64,000 nt of DNA from Eledone cirrhosa (lineage: Eukaryota), in NCBI GenBank assembly GCA_964016885.1, contig OZ024743.1, positions 88,412,001 through 88,476,000 on the forward strand, given 5' to 3'. The notes beneath the pieces are model-generated. The model was not told the origin of the DNA, searched no databases, and saw only the letters and a program-made list of their open reading frames with translations. A program made the position numbers and the translations under genes. Shown piece by piece: positions 61,900-64,000 of this stretch; within the stretch, counting starts at the first letter, position 1, and each line of letters begins with the position of its first letter.

Positions 61900-63600
61900 T
61901 ACATGGTGTCTTTGGTAAACTGTCTTTTATCATAGCCTTGAGTTGACTCTTGGATTGACATTTGGTATACAGATACTATATGGAAGCCCACCAGATGAAA
62001 TGAGCCTATAATTCAAATGTGCAGCCTTGTCACACTACATCATATTAATTCAACTTAAAAATTACATTAGCCCTTTTGCTATCAAACCAACCAAAACTGT
62101 CCCTCATTTTATGGTATAGAACTGTTTGCTTGAAAGTGTTCATATTTATCTGAAACCCTTCCATTATAATTCTATGTAAGAAACTTTGTTAGATTATCTT
62201 CCAAATACTATCTATTACTAAATATTTCCAAATTTTTTTATTCTTTTCAAAATTATTTGGAAATCCTGGACAGTGTCTTTCATTAGACATCATCATCATC
62301 ACCATTTAATGTCCATTTTCCATTCTTGCATGGGTTAGACAGGTCCTCCACGTCGAGAGACAAATCTAGCGAAAATTGGCCACGCCGTATCTTACTCAGA
62401 TGGGACTGTAAATTTGGCTGGGAATTTTACAGCTGGATGCCCTTCCTAGCACCAACCACATTTACCGTGTGGAATATATTAAGAAAAGTGTGGAATACTC
62501 AACCACTTTGCATGTTATTTCAATGAGTAAGTTGATCAAACATTTGGATGCTCAATGAGAAAGTCCATCATCATTACTCACTTTGGTACACCAAATGTAA
62601 GAATGAAGAAATATTAACCTATTTGATACCAAACTACTGCTGCTTCTACATTAGAAAACTGTTTTAAAGTGTATAGCATCATCATCATCACCACTTAAAG
62701 CTTATTTTAAATCTTGCATGGGTTAGATGCACTGTGATGTACTGATGTTAGATTGGTTAGGTAATCATGTCTTCTCATACATTCCATTTTTAGCTTGGTT
62801 TCTATGACTGGATGCCATTCCTAATCTCAACCATTTTTCAGAGTGTACTGGGAGCATTTTAAAGGTTGGACTGGGTGCTGTGTATATTTATCTAAAAATG
62901 TTTCACCATAATTTTATGTAAGAAATGTAACATCTGGTCTAGTCACAAGGTTAACTGTAGTATCTGGTATGGTCACAAGGTTAGTTGTAACATCTAGTCT
63001 GGTCACAAGGTTAACTGGATTGACATTGTGTACACAGACACTATATCGAAGCCCACCAGATGAAATGAGTCTGTAATTCAAATGTGCAGTCTTGTTACAT
63101 TGTGTGATGCTGATTAACATTGGGTATACAGACGCTATATGTAAGCCCACCAGATGAAATGAGCCTAATTCAGACATGCAGCCTTGTTACAATATGTCAT
63201 GCTGATTTGACTATGTGGTGTCTTTGGTAAACTATCTATTACCTTAGCCTTGGATTGACATTTGGTATACAGATACTATATGGAAGCCCAGATGAAATAA
63301 GTCTGTAATTCAGGCATGCAGCCTCATCACACTGTCTCATGCTGATTCAACTTAAGAATAATATTAGGCTTTTTGATATCAAACCACCCAAAACTGTCCC
63401 TGGTTTTATGATAAAGAAGTTTGTTTGAAAGTATTCATATTTATCTGAAACCCTGTAATTAATGTTACAGATTAACTGTAACATCTGGTCTGGTCACAAG
63501 TTTAACTGGATATCTGCTCTGGTTAACTGTAAATCTGGTTTGGTCACAAGATTAGTTGTAACATCTGGTCTGGTTACAATGTTAACTGTGACATCTGGCC
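61900..63600. repeat. Local patchwork duplications and a 27 bp tandem repeat
   Basis: ~61900-62160 recurs at ~63210-63455. GCCCACCAGATGAAATGAG occurs three times, with a variant at ~63286. GTAACATCTGGTCTGGTCACAAGGTTAACT-type repeats lie at ~62925-63020 and ~63470-63600. Confidence 0.75.
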
Positions 63601-64000
63601 ACAAAGAGAGCTGTGGCATCTGATCTGGACACAAGACTAATCCTAATATCTGTTCTGGACCTGAGGTTAAAATCTGGTCTGGGCATAAGATCAATGCTAC
63701 TTCTGACATTCAATTTCATATGTACCAATACAATATGTTAATTAATCCAAAAGTTGTCTCACAATAAATGAGATAAAATATTAATTAAATATTTAGTCAA
63801 GAATTGATCCCTTAACCTTTTAGCATTTAAACTGTCCAGAATTCTCTCACCTCCTTCTGTTCAAACCGGCCGTAACCTGACACTCATACTGATGTTAAGG
63901 TATTGTTCTCAAAATAAACAATCCCAAAATCTCATAGATTTAATATTATGAGATAGTTATGTGAGATAAAGTTTTTACCATGAAAATACAATAGTATATA

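Overview
This is AT-rich, repeat-dominated eukaryotic DNA, and I could not support any host protein-coding exon. It is probably intronic or intergenic sequence from a cephalopod such as Octopus; that is an inference from the SINE and RTE repertoire and the dense (TA)n/(CA)n/(GAT)n microsatellites. One RTE-clade LINE has an intact ORF (26068-29088) with APE endonuclease, RT and a C4HC3 PHD-like finger inserted inside the RT core. Around it lie several decayed relatives, Rex3/Expander-like RTE fragments, CRE-like 3' ends and an internally deleted RTE (about 51.3-52.0 kb). There are also many tRNA-derived SINEs, hAT and piggyBac-type MITEs (some nested) and minisatellites. The signal not explained by these is a set of short non-coding elements flanked by (TA)n that carry minimal type I hammerhead ribozyme motifs. 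The best-formed motifs are at 15298-15364 (-) and 42257-42318 (-), with near-intact copies at 39026-39090 (+) and 42349-42409 (+). Several form asymmetric head-to-head hairpins (37.4, 42.3 and 46.1 kb) that share a downstream tail motif, an architecture resembling Penelope-like element pLTRs or retrozymes. All calls were made by eye, and repeat boundaries are approximate unless a TSD is given.
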